A stretch of DNA of 64,000 bases from Candidatus Hadarchaeota archaeon (GTDB lineage Archaea; Hadarchaeota; Hadarchaeia; Hadarchaeales; JAGGTB01). Below the pieces are notes generated by a model, which did no database searches, was not told the origin of the DNA, and worked only from the letters and a program-made list of their open reading frames with translations. How positions within the stretch are numbered: the first letter of the stretch is position 1; each line of letters begins with the position of its first letter. The translations under genes and the position numbers were made by a program. Shown piece after piece: positions 1 through 9,930 of the stretch. The stretch covers positions 32,001-96,000 of the forward strand of contig CAYLJV010000002.1 of assembly GCA_964384105.1 (NCBI GenBank), given 5' to 3'.

Positions 1-1351
1 GCCCACTCAATATTCCAATGAAAACGGCCTCTATTCCGAAACCGAGAGCTATCCCAAAGATGTAGGATATCGGAAGCAAGAATCCGTACGTCCCCAAAAT
101 CATCCCGTACATAGGCCACCTTGTGTCGCCGGCACCCCTGAGACCCCCTCGTATAACCCGGTCCACCGCGAATCCAAAGACGCCGATGGCATAGACCCAG
201 ATGAAGGTCCTGCTGAGTGAAATGACTTCGGGCTCGGTGACGAAGAACCCAGCTATAGGCCTAGCAAAAATGGCTATCACGACCCCAACCGACACCATCA
301 CGACAGCCGCAAGCTTCAGGGTATCCCAGCCGTACATCTCAGCCTCGTCCTCCATCCTAGCCCCCAGAGACTGACCCACGAGCGTGCTCGAGGCAGTAGC
401 AAAACCCCAGGCAGGCATCAACGCGAAGAACATCACTCTCTGACCGACCTGGTAAGCCGCCACGGCCCCGGTACCAAAAGTTGCCAGAATCCAAAGTAGA
501 GGAAACCTTCCCAGAACTCTGGCCAATCTCATTCCAAGCAGGGGGAGAGAAACTGTGAAAATCTGCTTTACCACATCGAAGTCCCACTGTTTTCCACCCA
601 ACTCGAATCTGACATCGTACCTATCGGATAGAAGCAATGCACCGAAGATCGCGGCGATTCCTACGTTGGTTATAGCTGTTCCGATTCCCGCACCCAGGAC
701 CCCGAGCTCGGGAAATGGTCCGATACCAAAGATCAGGAGCCAGTTCAGGATAATGTTTGAGGGTACTCCAACCGCACGGACGTACATAGGCCTTACAGTG
801 TCTCCGGCGCCGGCGAATCCACGGGCCGATATCAGAGAGAAGAAACGAAAGAACACGCCCAGCATCAAAACTTTCAGATAGGGCGCTCCCATCTCTATCA
901 CGTCCGGAGCCGCTCCCAGAATCCCTATCATCTCTTCGGCGTAAAACCAGGTAAACAACATCAGGGGAATGGACATAAGCACGGCGATCCAGGTGGATTG
1001 TTTTATAACGAAGTAAGCCTCGTCGTACTCCTCGGCCCCGAAGTGCTGAGAGACGAGGCTGAGCGTACCGCTGGAGAGTGCCAGAGCAAAAGCGAAGCCG
1101 ATGAAGTAGAACTGGAATCCGAAACCAACTGCCGCAACTCCCGCCGCCCCCGCGGCCATCCCAACCATGAGAAAGTCCGAGAGACGAAGGGTCACTCTCA
1201 GAGCCCCCGTAGTTATAACCGGCCAGGCTAGGTCCATCGCCTCTGTGCCTCGACGTTCATCAATCAGACCGATTCTAGAAAGAAATCTCGGGAGAGATTT
1301 CAAAACAGAATTATGATCCTCCTCACTCTGGGAATTATCGAAAGCCACCAT
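1..1351 (-). CDS. MATE family efflux transporter (3' end runs off the window)
   Basis: Not in the ORF track. Manual translation from ATG 1351 (GGTGA RBS upstream) gives MVAFD...DLAWPVITTGALRVTLRLSDFLMVG...AAVGFGFQF...LRGAGDTRWPMYG, which are MATE motifs. Confidence 0.9.
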   Translation of the reverse strand, partial: MVAFDNSQSEEDHNSVLKSLPRFLSRIGLIDERRGTEAMDLAWPVITTGALRVTLRLSDFLMVGMAAGAAGVAAVGFGFQFYFIGFAFALALSSGTLSLVSQHFGAEEYDEAYFVIKQSTWIAVLMSIPLMLFTWFYAEEMIGILGAAPDVIEMGAPYLKVLMLGVFFRFFSLISARGFAGAGDTVRPMYVRAVGVPSNIILNWLLIFGIGPFPELGVLGAGIGTAITNVGIAAIFGALLLSDRYDVRFELGGKQWDFDVVKQIFTVSLPLLGMRLARVLGRFPLLWILATFGTGAVAAYQVGQRVMFFALMPAWGFATASSTLVGQSLGARMEDEAEMYGWDTLKLAAVVMVSVGVVIAIFARPIAGFFVTEPEVISLSRTFIWVYAIGVFGFAVDRVIRGGLRGAGDTRWPMYGMILGTYGFLLPISYIFGIALGFGIEAVFIGILSG

Positions 1352-1727
1352 TATCACCAATTACAAACTTGTTAGCACAGTTTTCTCGTAAAAAAGTACC
1401 ATTTTAACCTTAAAGGTTAAGCCTTGACATTCTATTAGAACCGCCAATCACTTCTCTAAAAAGTGAAAATAGGCGTCATCTCTTGAAGATCTAAATTTGG
1501 CCTTTCTGAATAGGGTTATCGATTTGAAAAATACAAATTTTTCCCTTTGGACCATATAGGAGTAAATAAGAACTATTTTACTAATTTAAACGGTTTAAGA
1601 ACATTATTCTTGGTTATCAATAAATAAAGAGCTCCAATGGTTGTTAGAATTCAACTCGTAAACGGTAGTTAGAGATTTTTTAAATAACCCGACAAGGGAA
1701 AGTAAATCCAAACTGAGCTCAACGGAG

Positions 1728-3011
1728 GTGAAAATTATGAACAGAAAAATCAAAAAATTTGGTATGATATCATTGCTGCTAGTATTAATTATAGGAACCA
1801 GCCTTTTCACCAACTCACCAATAAATGCACAGGATAACAGAGTGCAACCACCTGACGGTGTATTCGAGAATCGAAACCTGAATAAACCAATACAAATCGA
1901 CGGCGATATAACCATAGAAGGGGATATCGGGCCTGACGGAAACGTGAACGGGAATGGGAATCTAACTATCGGAGGAAACGTCGAAGGAACGATTAGTATC
2001 AATGGAAACGTAAACATAGGTGGTTCAATCGAGCCCGGGGCAAATATTTCCCTCGAGACTCCAGGAACCACTTTGAACGTAGAAGCCGGAATGAATGGAG
2101 GAAACATTGAAGTAAGTGCAGGAAATGTCGAGATTAACATCGAAGAAAACTTAGAGGCCGGAAATATTTCTGCAACAGGTGAAAATTCCAGAGTAAATAT
2201 AGGTGATTCCATAGGTCCAAATTCCAGAATAGAGGGTATTGCCTCAGTTAACGTATCCAAAAACGCTTCGGGCGAAATTGATGTATCAGGTGAAATTTCG
2301 ATAGGTGAAAATCTGAAAGAAGAAGGTAGATTAGTATCGGAAGGTAACATCTCAATTGGCGGAGACTTAGAAGAAGAGGGATCAGTAACATTGGAAACTC
2401 CTGGAAAAACCTTGGAAATTGGAAGAACTTTGAGAGGAAGGGCAACGGTAACTGAGAACGCAAAAGTCTCAATTGGAGATATTCCAGCAGAATCTCCTGT
2501 CAACGTTTCAGTAAATGCTTCGCCTCTTGATGGAGTAGAAATCTCCGTTCAGAACTACATATCAGATCTAGATATAGATATTTCTAATCTTAAAGGAGAT
2601 GTTAACGTAGCGATAGAAAAACCGGAAGGAGAAGTCTACAACATTCAACAGATAGACGTAGAAACCGAGCAGACAACAATTTCCGAAGATGAAATAGAAG
2701 AAGCAAAAATTGTAGTCGATGTGGAAAAATCGTGGTTACAGGAACACGGAATAGAAGCTGAGACTGTCAGAGTTAATAGATTCTTAGAAGATGAAGGAGA
2801 ATGGAAAGAACTTCCAACGGAAGTAATAGGGGAAAACAGCACTCACGTGAAACTTGAAGCAGAAACTCCTGGATTCTCAACATTCTCGATTACTGGAGAA
2901 GCCAGTCCAGAAGAAGGCGCTGCAGAAGAATTACCATGGTTGTTAATCGGGGGAGTAGTAATCATAATTATAGTGATTATAATGGCAATTGTGGCAATTT
3001 CGAGAAGATAA
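1728..3011 (+). CDS. cell-surface protein: signal peptide, Gly/Asn/Ile beta-solenoid repeats, PGF-pre-PGF domain, C-terminal TM anchor
   Basis: N-terminal signal peptide; IxGxI/V repeats; AETPGFSTFSITG motif; hydrophobic tail ending RR. Confidence 0.8.
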   Translation: MKIMNRKIKKFGMISLLLVLIIGTSLFTNSPINAQDNRVQPPDGVFENRNLNKPIQIDGDITIEGDIGPDGNVNGNGNLTIGGNVEGTISINGNVNIGGSIEPGANISLETPGTTLNVEAGMNGGNIEVSAGNVEINIEENLEAGNISATGENSRVNIGDSIGPNSRIEGIASVNVSKNASGEIDVSGEISIGENLKEEGRLVSEGNISIGGDLEEEGSVTLETPGKTLEIGRTLRGRATVTENAKVSIGDIPAESPVNVSVNASPLDGVEISVQNYISDLDIDISNLKGDVNVAIEKPEGEVYNIQQIDVETEQTTISEDEIEEAKIVVDVEKSWLQEHGIEAETVRVNRFLEDEGEWKELPTEVIGENSTHVKLEAETPGFSTFSITGEASPEEGAAEELPWLLIGGVVIIIIVIIMAIVAISRR

Positions 3012-3300
3012 TTGCCAGTGCTACTCTATCAAACAAAACCACTAAATCTCTTTTTTTCTTTTTTATGAAAAATCGAATCTTAGGCTTTTAGTTAATATAG
3101 ACAAACAGAAAACACAAGGTATTTAAAGGAAATATAAAATTCAGTTAAATTTACTTTCAAAAATTAATTTCGGTAAAAAATGGTCTCTTTCAAATCCTGT
3201 TAACAGATATAGATTAGAAAATCTCTGGAATCTTTTTAAAAATCCCAATAAATTCCTAAACTAAAAGGTCGCTGTTTTAGAGATGATAAATATCACAAGA

Positions 3301-3603
3301 TTATCTGGTGTTAAAGTCTAGCATCTTGCCAGATTCTGGATCGATAAGGACCCAAAAGGATACTCCAACTGGTTCTTCGAGTCCCTTCACTCGAACGCAT
3401 TCTCTAAGGTCCCCAGGTTTCACCTCGACCTCCTCGAGGCTCCGCTCGTAGATCTTAGCAGATGTATTACTGGAATCGAAAAAATCTTCTAATGCGATAG
3501 GTTCCCCAACATCCTTCTTGAGAACTATCAAGCTCCTACCATCTTTCTCGAGGACTATCTCATAATCCTCGATTCTAAAGAAAACGGTAAACTGCTCCCC
3601 TCT
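3301..3603 (-). pseudogene. probable 5'-truncated hypothetical gene
   Basis: The frame stays open about 24 codons upstream of the TTG at 3531 (RGEQFTVFFRIEDYEIVLEKDGRS) up to a stop, with no canonical start; it lies about 40 bp from the repeated palindrome. Confidence 0.4.
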
Positions 3604-3642
3604 TTACTATGTCCTACTCATTCCTTTTATGGAATTCTCCAA

Positions 3643-3667
3643 TTTTTGTTACACCCATAACAAAAAA
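3643..3667. repeat. 25-bp palindromic site A, copy 1: TTTTTGTTACACCCATAACAAAAAA
   Basis: Exact reverse complement of 53352-53376; variant at 53529-53554. Confidence 0.9.
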
Positions 3668-3707
3668 TCCCGAAAACAAAAACTACCAAATCGAAGCAAT
3701 ATTTGCC

Positions 3708-3737
3708 GATTTAATATAGGTCACCTATAATTTGAGA
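3708..3737. repeat. 30-bp dif-like palindromic site B, copy 1: GATTTAATATAGGTCACCTATAATTTGAGA
   Basis: Exact reverse complement of 53442-53471. Confidence 0.9.
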
Positions 3738-3846
3738 ACGAATCCAAATCCATCGTAACCATTAATCAGTTCTAGGATTAGAAAAAACTCTCAACTGGTT
3801 TATATCCACAAAGAAATACCCGATGACAGATGGAGGTAGAAATAAT

Positions 3847-4806
3847 CTATAAATCCTTAACTAGACCTTCTCTAAGGTCCTTCTTCTGAATCCGAGTTCC
3901 ATCACCGACTATCGTGTCTATAATAATAGAATCTTCAATATCACAATTCTCGAAAATTATCGAATTTTCTATCTCGGAATTTTTAACCTTACTTCCCTTC
4001 AAAATAGTTACGTTATCACCTATATCTGAGTTTTCGACATCGCCCCATACTATATTTTCCTCTCTTATCTCCCTCTCGGCCCTCAGGTACCCAACGCGAG
4101 TTCCAACATCCACCCATTTACCCTCGAAGGGATAAGCGTAAACGTCATAGTTGTCAACAGTCCACTGGATGAACCTTCCCGGCTCGTCTAAATACTGTTC
4201 TCGTGGTATTCTACCCTCCCAGTAATCAACGTATCTATCAAAGACATTCAACATTTCTTCGGGAATGAAGTAACAAGCGGTCGAGGCCATTCTAGATTTG
4301 GGATTTTTAGGTTTTTCCTGGAAGTTGGAAATCATCTTGTCTTTCCCGAAGTCCACAATACCGTAGTTCTTTGCCTCTTCAAGGCTTTTCACGCGAAAGC
4401 ATGCGTTTGCGATACTTCCTTTTTCCCTTGCAAAATCTAGAAAATCTTGAATTTTGAAGGAGTAATAGTTGTCTCCACCAATTATCAGGTAATCCCCCGA
4501 CTCCCTTTCCTTGATCACATTCATCATGCCACCAACGGCTCCATACTTCTCCTCCTCAGCACTCTGTCGCTCTATAATAAGCTCGTATCTTTCACCTTCT
4601 TTCTCAGAGAGGTATTCTCCGAAGGAATCCTCAAACCGCTCGTTAGTGGTTACATATATCTTATCCGCATCTTCTATCTGCTCAAGTTCATCCAGAATAT
4701 AATCCAAGATAGGTTTACCACCTAAGGGCAGAAGCGGCTTTGCCTTCTTCTTGGTTATGGGCCAGAGTCGAGTCGCATATCCACCTGCAAGTATCAGTAC
4801 CTTCAT
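3847..4806 (-). CDS. NDP-sugar synthase / sugar-1-phosphate nucleotidyltransferase
   Basis: LAGGYATRL, KPLLP, EKP, WVDVG motifs; C-terminal left-handed beta-helix. Confidence 0.9.
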   Translation of the reverse strand: MKVLILAGGYATRLWPITKKKAKPLLPLGGKPILDYILDELEQIEDADKIYVTTNERFEDSFGEYLSEKEGERYELIIERQSAEEEKYGAVGGMMNVIKERESGDYLIIGGDNYYSFKIQDFLDFAREKGSIANACFRVKSLEEAKNYGIVDFGKDKMISNFQEKPKNPKSRMASTACYFIPEEMLNVFDRYVDYWEGRIPREQYLDEPGRFIQWTVDNYDVYAYPFEGKWVDVGTRVGYLRAEREIREENIVWGDVENSDIGDNVTILKGSKVKNSEIENSIIFENCDIEDSIIIDTIVGDGTRIQKKDLREGLVKDL

Positions 4807-4986
4807 TTTCGTACCTTTTTTATATTGGATTGGCCGTATTTCAGTTCTACCCCTTCAAAAGCCTGTTACGCTTAGTCGCCTGCGATATAAACAGCACTAC
4901 TGAAACCTAAAAGTCCGGATAGATTAATTAAACAATCCGCAGAAATAAGGTAACGATTATCGGAATAGGTTTTGAATGAAACTTGA

Positions 4987-6357
4987 TTGGTGTTAAAATT
5001 GGTTGATGTTGTAATTGTAGGAGCTGGACCCGCTGGGCTTTTTGCGGCAAAAGAACTTGCCGAGAACTCTCAGCTTTCCATAAAGATCATAGAAAAAGGC
5101 AAGTCCGTCCAGGAAAGAAAAAAGTCAATGGAAAAGTGGCAACTTCAGTCAGGGTCCAGAGGGGTTATGCAGGGAGTAGGGGGAATGTGTTTGCTCTCGA
5201 ATGGCACACTCAATCTCGATCCCAAAGTGGGAGGAAGACTGACAGACTATGTTGAAGAAGATAGAGCAAAGAACCTCATAGAAAAAGTAGATTCAGTATT
5301 TCAGGACTTCGGAGCGTCCTCTGAAATATATGGTGAACAGAGCGAGGAAACGGATGACCTATCCCGAAGAGCTAGCGCTGCGGACGTAAAATTCCTGCTG
5401 ATCAAACAAAGAAGAATAGGACTAGAGAATATTCCAAAGATCATCTCCTCCTTCAAGGACTATCTCGAGGAAAATGGTGTCGAGTTTAAGTTAGGTGTAA
5501 AGGTGAAAGAGATAGAAAAAGACGGTGTTATTCTAGAAAACGGGAAAAAAATAAAGTCAAAATATATTATAGCAGCACCTGGAAGGACCGGGGCCAACTG
5601 GCTTTTAGATCAAGCGGAAAAGCTGGGACTGACAATAAAGCACGGGGCCATAGACGTTGGAGTTCGAGTAGAAGTTCCATCTGTAGTCATGAGTCGACTC
5701 ATTAAGATAAGCCGTGATCCAAAATTCTACATCAGAACAAAAACCTTCGATGACCTAGTCCGGACATTTCAAATAAACCATCAAGGTTTCGTGGTGAAAG
5801 AGAGGTACGACGACGACATCGTCTGTGTGAACGGGCTCGCCCCGATATCGGAAAGATCAAAGAATGTGAACTTCGCATTACTCACCCAGATAACCCTGAC
5901 CGAACCGGTAACCGATACCACCGCATACGGAGAATCTATAGCTCGTCTCGCGACCACCATCGGAGGAGACCGTCCGGTCGTTCAGAGATTGGGAGATCTT
6001 AGAAGCGGTCGAAGGTCAACGGAATCGCGAATAAACCGATCAAACGTAGAACCGACCCTTAAAGACGTGACACCCGGAGACATCTCCATGGCCCTACCCA
6101 ACCGAATAGTCATAGGTCTGCACGAGGCACTCGAGCAACTAGATGAAATAATACCTGGAATCGCATCGAACTCCACCCTGCTCTACGCTCCCGAGATAAA
6201 GTTCTATGCTGGACAAGTTCAGGTCGACGGAGACATGAGAACGGAGCTAGAGAATCTTTATATCGCCGGGGACGGTGCGGGACCGGCCCACGACATAGTT
6301 AACGCGAGCGTAACTGGAATGATATCTGCTCAGAGCATTCTGAAAGAAACTGAGTAG
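4987..6357 (+). CDS. FAD-dependent oxidoreductase (COG2509-like), divergent
   Basis: VGAGPAGLFAA, APGR, DVGVRVEVP, LYAPEIKFY, LYIAGDGAG. Confidence 0.85.
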   Translation: MVLKLVDVVIVGAGPAGLFAAKELAENSQLSIKIIEKGKSVQERKKSMEKWQLQSGSRGVMQGVGGMCLLSNGTLNLDPKVGGRLTDYVEEDRAKNLIEKVDSVFQDFGASSEIYGEQSEETDDLSRRASAADVKFLLIKQRRIGLENIPKIISSFKDYLEENGVEFKLGVKVKEIEKDGVILENGKKIKSKYIIAAPGRTGANWLLDQAEKLGLTIKHGAIDVGVRVEVPSVVMSRLIKISRDPKFYIRTKTFDDLVRTFQINHQGFVVKERYDDDIVCVNGLAPISERSKNVNFALLTQITLTEPVTDTTAYGESIARLATTIGGDRPVVQRLGDLRSGRRSTESRINRSNVEPTLKDVTPGDISMALPNRIVIGLHEALEQLDEIIPGIASNSTLLYAPEIKFYAGQVQVDGDMRTELENLYIAGDGAGPAHDIVNASVTGMISAQSILKETE

Positions 6358-6417
6358 GTTAATTTTTTCTAAATTCAAAAAGAGGACTTCTTTTCTAGGA
6401 AAATCAAACTAAGACTT

Positions 6418-7005
6418 CTAGAACACGAAAAAAAGGAGAAAGCCAGTTAATCCCAACAGAACTGCACCTATCTTTGGCCTCCAGTTGAATATCTTTTTTC
6501 CGTCCAACGGCGGAATCGGCAGTAGATTGAAGAAGGCCAGCCAGAGGTTTATTATCACTCCAAAGTAACCGATCGATCCCAAAAGCCCTCCGAAGGTAGC
6601 GAGAGGATAAAAAAGCCCGGCTATCAGGAGGTTCGTGAGGGGACCTGAGACACTTATCCTACCGTTTTCCTCTACAGATATATTGCCGCCCTGAATCATG
6701 ACTGCACCAGGAGCGGCAAAGAGGAAGCTCCCGCTGGAAACTATCCCGATCAGAAGCGCCATCATCAAACCCTGCGGCCACATTCGAAAGAAGGACCTGT
6801 ACCCGTAGCTAATGGCGACTCGCTTGTGAGCCATCTCGTGGAAGAAGAAAGCGGTGGCAAGCGGGATAAAAACCGAAGCCAAGTTGGTCAGGATAGCCCC
6901 GGAACCCCTCCAGTTCGGACCTATGCCTGAAACGGCCACGGCCAGAACCACGATCGAGATCAGAATATCCCTTATCTCTACTTTATCGAACTTCATGGTG
7001 GTCAA
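6418..7005 (-). CDS. site-2 protease family (M50) metalloprotease
   Basis: HEMAH, GPLTN, NLLPIPPLDG; multiple TM helices. Confidence 0.9.
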   Translation of the reverse strand: MTTMKFDKVEIRDILISIVVLAVAVSGIGPNWRGSGAILTNLASVFIPLATAFFFHEMAHKRVAISYGYRSFFRMWPQGLMMALLIGIVSSGSFLFAAPGAVMIQGGNISVEENGRISVSGPLTNLLIAGLFYPLATFGGLLGSIGYFGVIINLWLAFFNLLPIPPLDGKKIFNWRPKIGAVLLGLTGFLLFFVF

Positions 7006-7144
7006 TTAATATCTCTTCTTTAATTAAAAACCCGAGACATTTTTTGAAAACCGTTCGATTATTCCAAAATTCGAGGGGAACAATATCAATCGGAAATAAA
7101 TTACTATATCCTCAAAAACAATAGAAAACCAGAGAGAAGCAAAA

Positions 7145-7543
7145 ATGAAAAAGTGGATTTTGATCTGCGCTCTCGGGGGAATCCTCATGATCGCAGGCTC
7201 GACGAGAGGCGATATATCTTTTTACAGAACTATTTTCGAACTCGCCTCGGACTACATAGGAGGTGGGTCCTCCCAAATATTTTCGATCATCCTACTCATA
7301 CTCGGACTAATGGCCGCAGGCGGCGGGTTTACCGTCCTTATCGGAACGGCGGTAATAGCGTCAGATCACAGGCTGACCGGAAAAGTAGTAGTGGCCCTAG
7401 GGGCAGGAATGGGGATAATTGGATTCTCTATATTCATGATTAAGGGAATTCTAACTGGAACTCTGGTTGAAGATTTTCTCTCCATATTAGGACCGGGTTT
7501 TCTAGGAATCATCCTCACTATAATTGCTCGATTGAAATTATAG
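7145..7543 (+). CDS. hypothetical 4-TM membrane protein
   Basis: Gly-rich hydrophobic helices. Confidence 0.7.
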   Translation: MKKWILICALGGILMIAGSTRGDISFYRTIFELASDYIGGGSSQIFSIILLILGLMAAGGGFTVLIGTAVIASDHRLTGKVVVALGAGMGIIGFSIFMIKGILTGTLVEDFLSILGPGFLGIILTIIARLKL

Positions 7544-7570
7544 AATTTAAAAATAAGAAATCGGGAGCGA

Positions 7571-8452
7571 TCAGATAACTCCCAGCAACTCGCCGACTTT
7601 ACTCAGAGACTCATCATCGACATCGAAATCCCATTCTTCAACCAGAATTTCTTCTAGAATATCCATGTCTTCTTCACTGGGGTCAATGGCGGAAATAAAT
7701 CGTTTGTATATGTCCGGAGTGACGTTGTAAACGTGGATGAGATCATCAATACCATACTCCATCTTCTTTACATCCCTAGGCGTGGCCATGCACTTCTGTG
7801 CCATCAGGGGACAGGTTATAGAATCTCTCTGAATTGAAAATTCGAAGAACTTCTGGCACATGGGGCAGTAATACTTGCCCATCGGACTATCGCCAAGTAT
7901 AGAAACCTCGTCAAATTCTATCTCCTGAGAAACACCTAACCTTTCAGCCAGCTTGGGAACCGCCTTCTTGAGTATAGAAAAAAGTTTTCCGCTCTCCCAA
8001 ATTTTCTCGGAGTCGGTCACGACAAACCGAACCTTCTCCTCGTTCACCCTCTGAGCAGTCTCACATCCGCTGGCTATTATTATGAAACTCTTCAGGGTCT
8101 GGAGCGGTTGCTCTCTGTACTGAACGTTCCAATCTTCCAAAAAGTCCAGATATATATCCACCCACTCATCTGCAATCTCCTCCAGATTACCACCGATCAA
8201 CTCCGACGCCAAACTCTGTGGAATCTTGGGATAAAAAAGACCGAACTTCTCTAGAGCTTCAGTAGATTCGGGAGAAATGACCTCGATCGGGATAGGTGTA
8301 TTCAGACATACTTTCGTCATGTAAGGACAGACCGGCTCATCAAGTTCGAAAAGCTTCTTACAAGTCACGCACCAGTATCTTCCCGAAGGGGACTCGCTAC
8401 CTTCGGGTAGGGATTTTACTTTCTCGATTATCTTCTCTCTAGTTTTAAACAT
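7571..8452 (-). CDS. hypothetical protein with two related Cys4 metal-binding motifs
   Basis: YWCVTC...VCPYMTKVC and YYCPMC...TCPLMAQKC; GGAGGTGA RBS. Confidence 0.8.
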   Translation of the reverse strand: MFKTREKIIEKVKSLPEGSESPSGRYWCVTCKKLFELDEPVCPYMTKVCLNTPIPIEVISPESTEALEKFGLFYPKIPQSLASELIGGNLEEIADEWVDIYLDFLEDWNVQYREQPLQTLKSFIIIASGCETAQRVNEEKVRFVVTDSEKIWESGKLFSILKKAVPKLAERLGVSQEIEFDEVSILGDSPMGKYYCPMCQKFFEFSIQRDSITCPLMAQKCMATPRDVKKMEYGIDDLIHVYNVTPDIYKRFISAIDPSEEDMDILEEILVEEWDFDVDDESLSKVGELLGVI

Positions 8453-8520
8453 TCAAAAATCACCTCCCACAACAATAAACTCTCCTGATGATTTAATCAG
8501 TCCAGTCTGTTGAAGTTTTC

Positions 8521-8661
8521 CTATTTTTCACCCTTCTGAAATCTCTTCATCATTCTCTCGGGCACTTTGGCTATGGATTCCTCCATAACATCCATCAGAG
8601 CTTCATTTATCTCGATATCTATGGTTACCTTGAGATGACCCTTCTTTTCTTCTTCAGCCAT
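8521..8661 (-). CDS. 46-aa small protein (not in ORF track)
   Basis: GGAGGTGA RBS, then ATG: MAEEEKKGHLKVTIDIEINEALMDVMEESIAKVPERMMKRFQKGEK*; overlaps the stop of the upstream gene. Confidence 0.75.
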   Translation of the reverse strand: MAEEEKKGHLKVTIDIEINEALMDVMEESIAKVPERMMKRFQKGEK

Positions 8662-8959
8662 TACAAATCACCTCCTTGCATCCGTTAGGGAGTTTATCCA
8701 AGATACTCGAAATGCCTCTCTGGGCCTGTTCCTCCGTCAAGGTTAGTTCAAGATCGAGAGTATAGTGGCGTTTTTCGATCCTGCCAGCCTTGACTTTAAA
8801 ACCGTGTATTGAACCCTCTTCCTCCTTCCTTTCGAGTTCCTTGTTCAGGAAGTAAGCCGTGAAGACCGGAATCGTCGGTTCGAAGGCCTTGAATGGCAGT
8901 TTTTTAAATGCACGCGATAAGCGCTCGAAAACCAAAGTATCAACTCCCCCTTTGTTCAA
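8654..8959 (-). CDS. hypothetical protein
   Basis: ORF translationally coupled to the 46-aa gene; true start may be a few codons downstream. Confidence 0.65.
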   Translation of the reverse strand: MNKGGVDTLVFERLSRAFKKLPFKAFEPTIPVFTAYFLNKELERKEEEGSIHGFKVKAGRIEKRHYTLDLELTLTEEQAQRGISSILDKLPNGCKEVICNG

Positions 8960-9079
8960 AATCTATAATTACGAGATAATAAAGCTTGGCTAATTTCAGA
9001 GAGAGTCGAAAAACCAAAGAATTAAACCTCGCACACAAAATAATAATCGGCCAGTGAAAAATAATTCTGAGAAGTCGAC

Positions 9080-9850
9080 TTGGAGAAAAATCTCATGGAC
9101 ATTGAAATCGAAAAACTGATAGAAATAAGCAAAAGTGCCGGAGAAATCCTCCTCAAAAACTATCGAAAAAGCAATCAGGTAAGGATGAAGGCAGATCAAA
9201 CACCGGTAACTTCGACTGACATTGAATCCGAAAATTTTCTGAGAAAGAAACTTGAAGAAATAGAGCCCTCGTTCTCTATTATCTCAGAAGAATCTCCAGA
9301 CCGATTGACAGACTCCCAGTTTTCCTGGATAGTTGACCCCCTAGACGGTACCTCCAACTATGTACATGGAATCCCCGTCTTCGCGACCATGTTAGCTCTC
9401 TGTAGGAAGGGAAGACCTATCATGAGCGTAGTGCACTTTCCGGTCCAAAAAGAGACATTCCACGCCGAAAAGGGAAAGGGCACATTCCGAGGAAAAAAGA
9501 GATTAGAGGTCTCGAAAGAGGGAATAGAAGGTGGCTTCGCGGTCTTCGGATCCAAGTTTAGAAGAGACGATGCATGGAGCTGCCTGGGTAAGACAAGAAA
9601 AGTATTTTCCAGAGTAAGAGCGCTCGGGTCGGCGGCGGCTAATTTCACAAAGGTCGCGGAAGGGGAAGCAGAAGCCTGTTTGGAGTTTGGGATATCTCCC
9701 TGGGATTTCATACCACCCGCTCTGATAGTGGAAGAAGCAGGGGGAACCGTCACTGATCTTCAAGGCGAGGAAATAGACACGAAAACCGAAAACGTCGTGG
9801 CCACTAACGGAAAAGAGCACTCAAATTTGATAGAGATATTGAACAAATGA
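9080..9850 (+). CDS. suhB: inositol monophosphatase family protein
   Basis: SEE, WIVDPLDGTSNY, RALGSAA, PWD motifs. Confidence 0.9.
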   Translation: MEKNLMDIEIEKLIEISKSAGEILLKNYRKSNQVRMKADQTPVTSTDIESENFLRKKLEEIEPSFSIISEESPDRLTDSQFSWIVDPLDGTSNYVHGIPVFATMLALCRKGRPIMSVVHFPVQKETFHAEKGKGTFRGKKRLEVSKEGIEGGFAVFGSKFRRDDAWSCLGKTRKVFSRVRALGSAAANFTKVAEGEAEACLEFGISPWDFIPPALIVEEAGGTVTDLQGEEIDTKTENVVATNGKEHSNLIEILNK

Positions 9851-9930
9851 CATCCTCCAATGAAAACTGTGGCAACTTGGAAGTACCAAAGACAATCAGA
9901 TTTGAAAAATCCCAAAAATCTGACTTTCGA

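Noticed and set aside
357-1231. Short ORFs 357-587, 555-881 and 998-1231
   Set aside because: Shadow frames of the MATE gene.
1404-1420. Near-palindrome TTAACCTTAAAGGTTAA upstream of the MATE gene
   Set aside because: Single AT-rich occurrence with no cognate regulator nearby; too little support to call an operator.
1604-2503. Long antisense ORFs (also 26492-27103, 55547-56263, 56774-57379)
   Set aside because: They mirror well-supported genes on the other strand and show no family motifs.
3643-3667. Palindrome A as a bacterial parS or matS site
   Set aside because: Only partial similarity, the central bases differ, and no parAB or matP gene is in the window; kept as an unassigned site.
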